Positions 62,718-64,000 of a stretch of 64,000 nt of DNA are shown piece by piece. The notes beneath the pieces were generated by a model. That model was not told where the DNA came from. It saw only the letters and a program-made list of their open reading frames with translations, and did not search any database. Source of the stretch: Squalus acanthias (lineage: Eukaryota); contig CM059433.1 in NCBI GenBank assembly GCA_030390025.1, forward strand, positions 17,176,001 to 17,240,000. The letters run 5' to 3'. Each line of letters begins with the position of its first letter. Position 1 is the first letter of the stretch. The position numbers and the translations under genes are program-made.

Positions 62718-63063
62718 TTACAGGGTAGTGTATATAGTAGAGACTGTCAGAAAGGGTAGTTGAATTGGAGTAATTTAACACCTTCAAAAGCAAACTGGAT
62801 TGATCCCTTTTGAGAAGGGGGATTAAGGGCTATAGAGTTGTTAATAGAATTGTTTGATTTTTTTTTTAGGGGAGGTGAAGAATGAAATGTACCCTTAGAG
62901 CAGGGAATCAGCAGGTGATGGTGGTGAGGAGGATAAGTTTAAAATAGAATAAGCATCACCGATTCTGGATGGTGTAGGCTTGATGGGCCGAAAAGTCTTT
63001 TCTTGCCACAGTACATAAGAATTAGGAGCAGGAGTAGGCCATACGGCCCCTCGAGCCTGCTCT
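62718..63063. mobile_element. Old CR1 3' remnant (+) abutting a short young CR1 3' tip (-, 63013-63063)
   Basis: FKSKLD-like C-terminus and 3' UTR; the tip matches 41326-41375. Confidence 0.65.
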
Positions 63064-63578
63064 GCAGGCCTCAGCAATAAAAAACGGAAGTCGAGAGAAG
63101 GTTGCTCCAAAGATGCCATCAAAACTTCCCTTAGGATTTCGGTACATAATTGTGTGTGAGATTGTTTTTCTGGAAATCACTACCAGTTGGAGTGTGTTAG
63201 TCATTTTAACGATCATGCAGGGACTGCGCATATTACAGAATATTTTATAGCCTGTTTAGCTGGGGACCCAGTTCAGCTTTACGTATAGATTGTGTTGATT
63301 TTATTTTTTAAAAGCTGTGACCGTACACAGTCACGTGACTGGCAACCTCACAGGAAATGACATCTGATATTTGGTCCAAAGAGGACAAGAACTTTTTCTG
63401 TGCTGTTTTGGACACCCAGGCTTTTCAACAAATTTGTCCAAAAGTAGAATTTCAAGATGATAATGCTTACCCCATATTCAAACAGTATTTCTGGGAGTTT
63501 GGCTAGTGGCCATAGATCTGTACAGCACATACTTGTACACAAGCATATTGCTTTCACACCAAAGTACAGGTGACTCAC

Positions 63579-63800
63579 CATTCTGGGAATAGGTTGCTGA
63601 AATAGCCAAGTAGGAAACCCAGGATTTCTTGTCAATTAACAAAAATATGGCTGTCAGATTTTTTTGCAGGATTTGCCCTTTATTGGGCTTAATCTCTAAC
63701 ATATCCAGATGCAGTTTGTTTATCACTGGATCTTTCTGCAGCATTTCAGAAAGGGTTTGTGGAAATATTTCGCTATTGCATTCCTTAGAGATCAAACAAT
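63579..63800 (-). CDS. Candidate 222-nt exon of an unidentified gene or pseudogene
   Basis: Acceptor ctatag, donor G|gtgagt, 74 open codons, phase 1 to 1. Confidence 0.3.
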
Positions 63801-63873
63801 CTATAGTGTATAGGAACAGCTGTAGCTAACCTGACATTATAGGGTTAATGTCTCTGCAGGGTTTGGAGATGAT

Positions 63874-64000
63874 GGCCTGGATTTTCCAAGCCCCGAGGAG
63901 GCGGGCATGGAGGCGGGACAGCCGGTAAACTCGGAGAAAGTGGGGGCGGATGGCAAACCCGCCCCCATCCTGCCTCCGTGCCCTTTTGCCAGGAGGTGGG
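63874..64000. mobile_element. Left end of a Harbinger-type MITE, cut by the window edge
   Basis: GGCCTGGATTTTCC followed by sequence resembling 4330-4445. Confidence 0.7.

Overview
Eukaryotic, repeat-dense vertebrate DNA. The repeat set (HE1/V-SINE, Deu-domain SINE, CR1, L2, RTE, Penelope) points to a cartilaginous fish, probably a shark; this is inferred, and the species cannot be determined. No intact, identifiable host gene is visible. Main contents: (1) a two-exon TRIM-NHL pseudogene (RING, B-box, coiled coil, NHL) on the minus strand, with a 13.8-kb intron that splits the B-box in the correct phase; (2) a near full-length, decayed Harbinger transposon at 52.9-56.9 kb with convergent DDE transposase and spliced Myb/SANT genes, plus about a dozen MITEs with related ends and 3-bp TSDs; (3) Penelope fragments carrying minimal hammerhead ribozyme motifs; (4) a CR1-group LINE with a tRNA-like Pol III head, and a matching bipartite SINE; (5) many CR1, L2 and RTE fragments, often nested; (6) low-confidence chains of candidate exons on both strands that I cannot assign to a gene. 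Most ORFs in the supplied track are transposon fragments or spurious. All alignments were done by eye, so boundaries are approximate unless a TSD or splice site fixes them.
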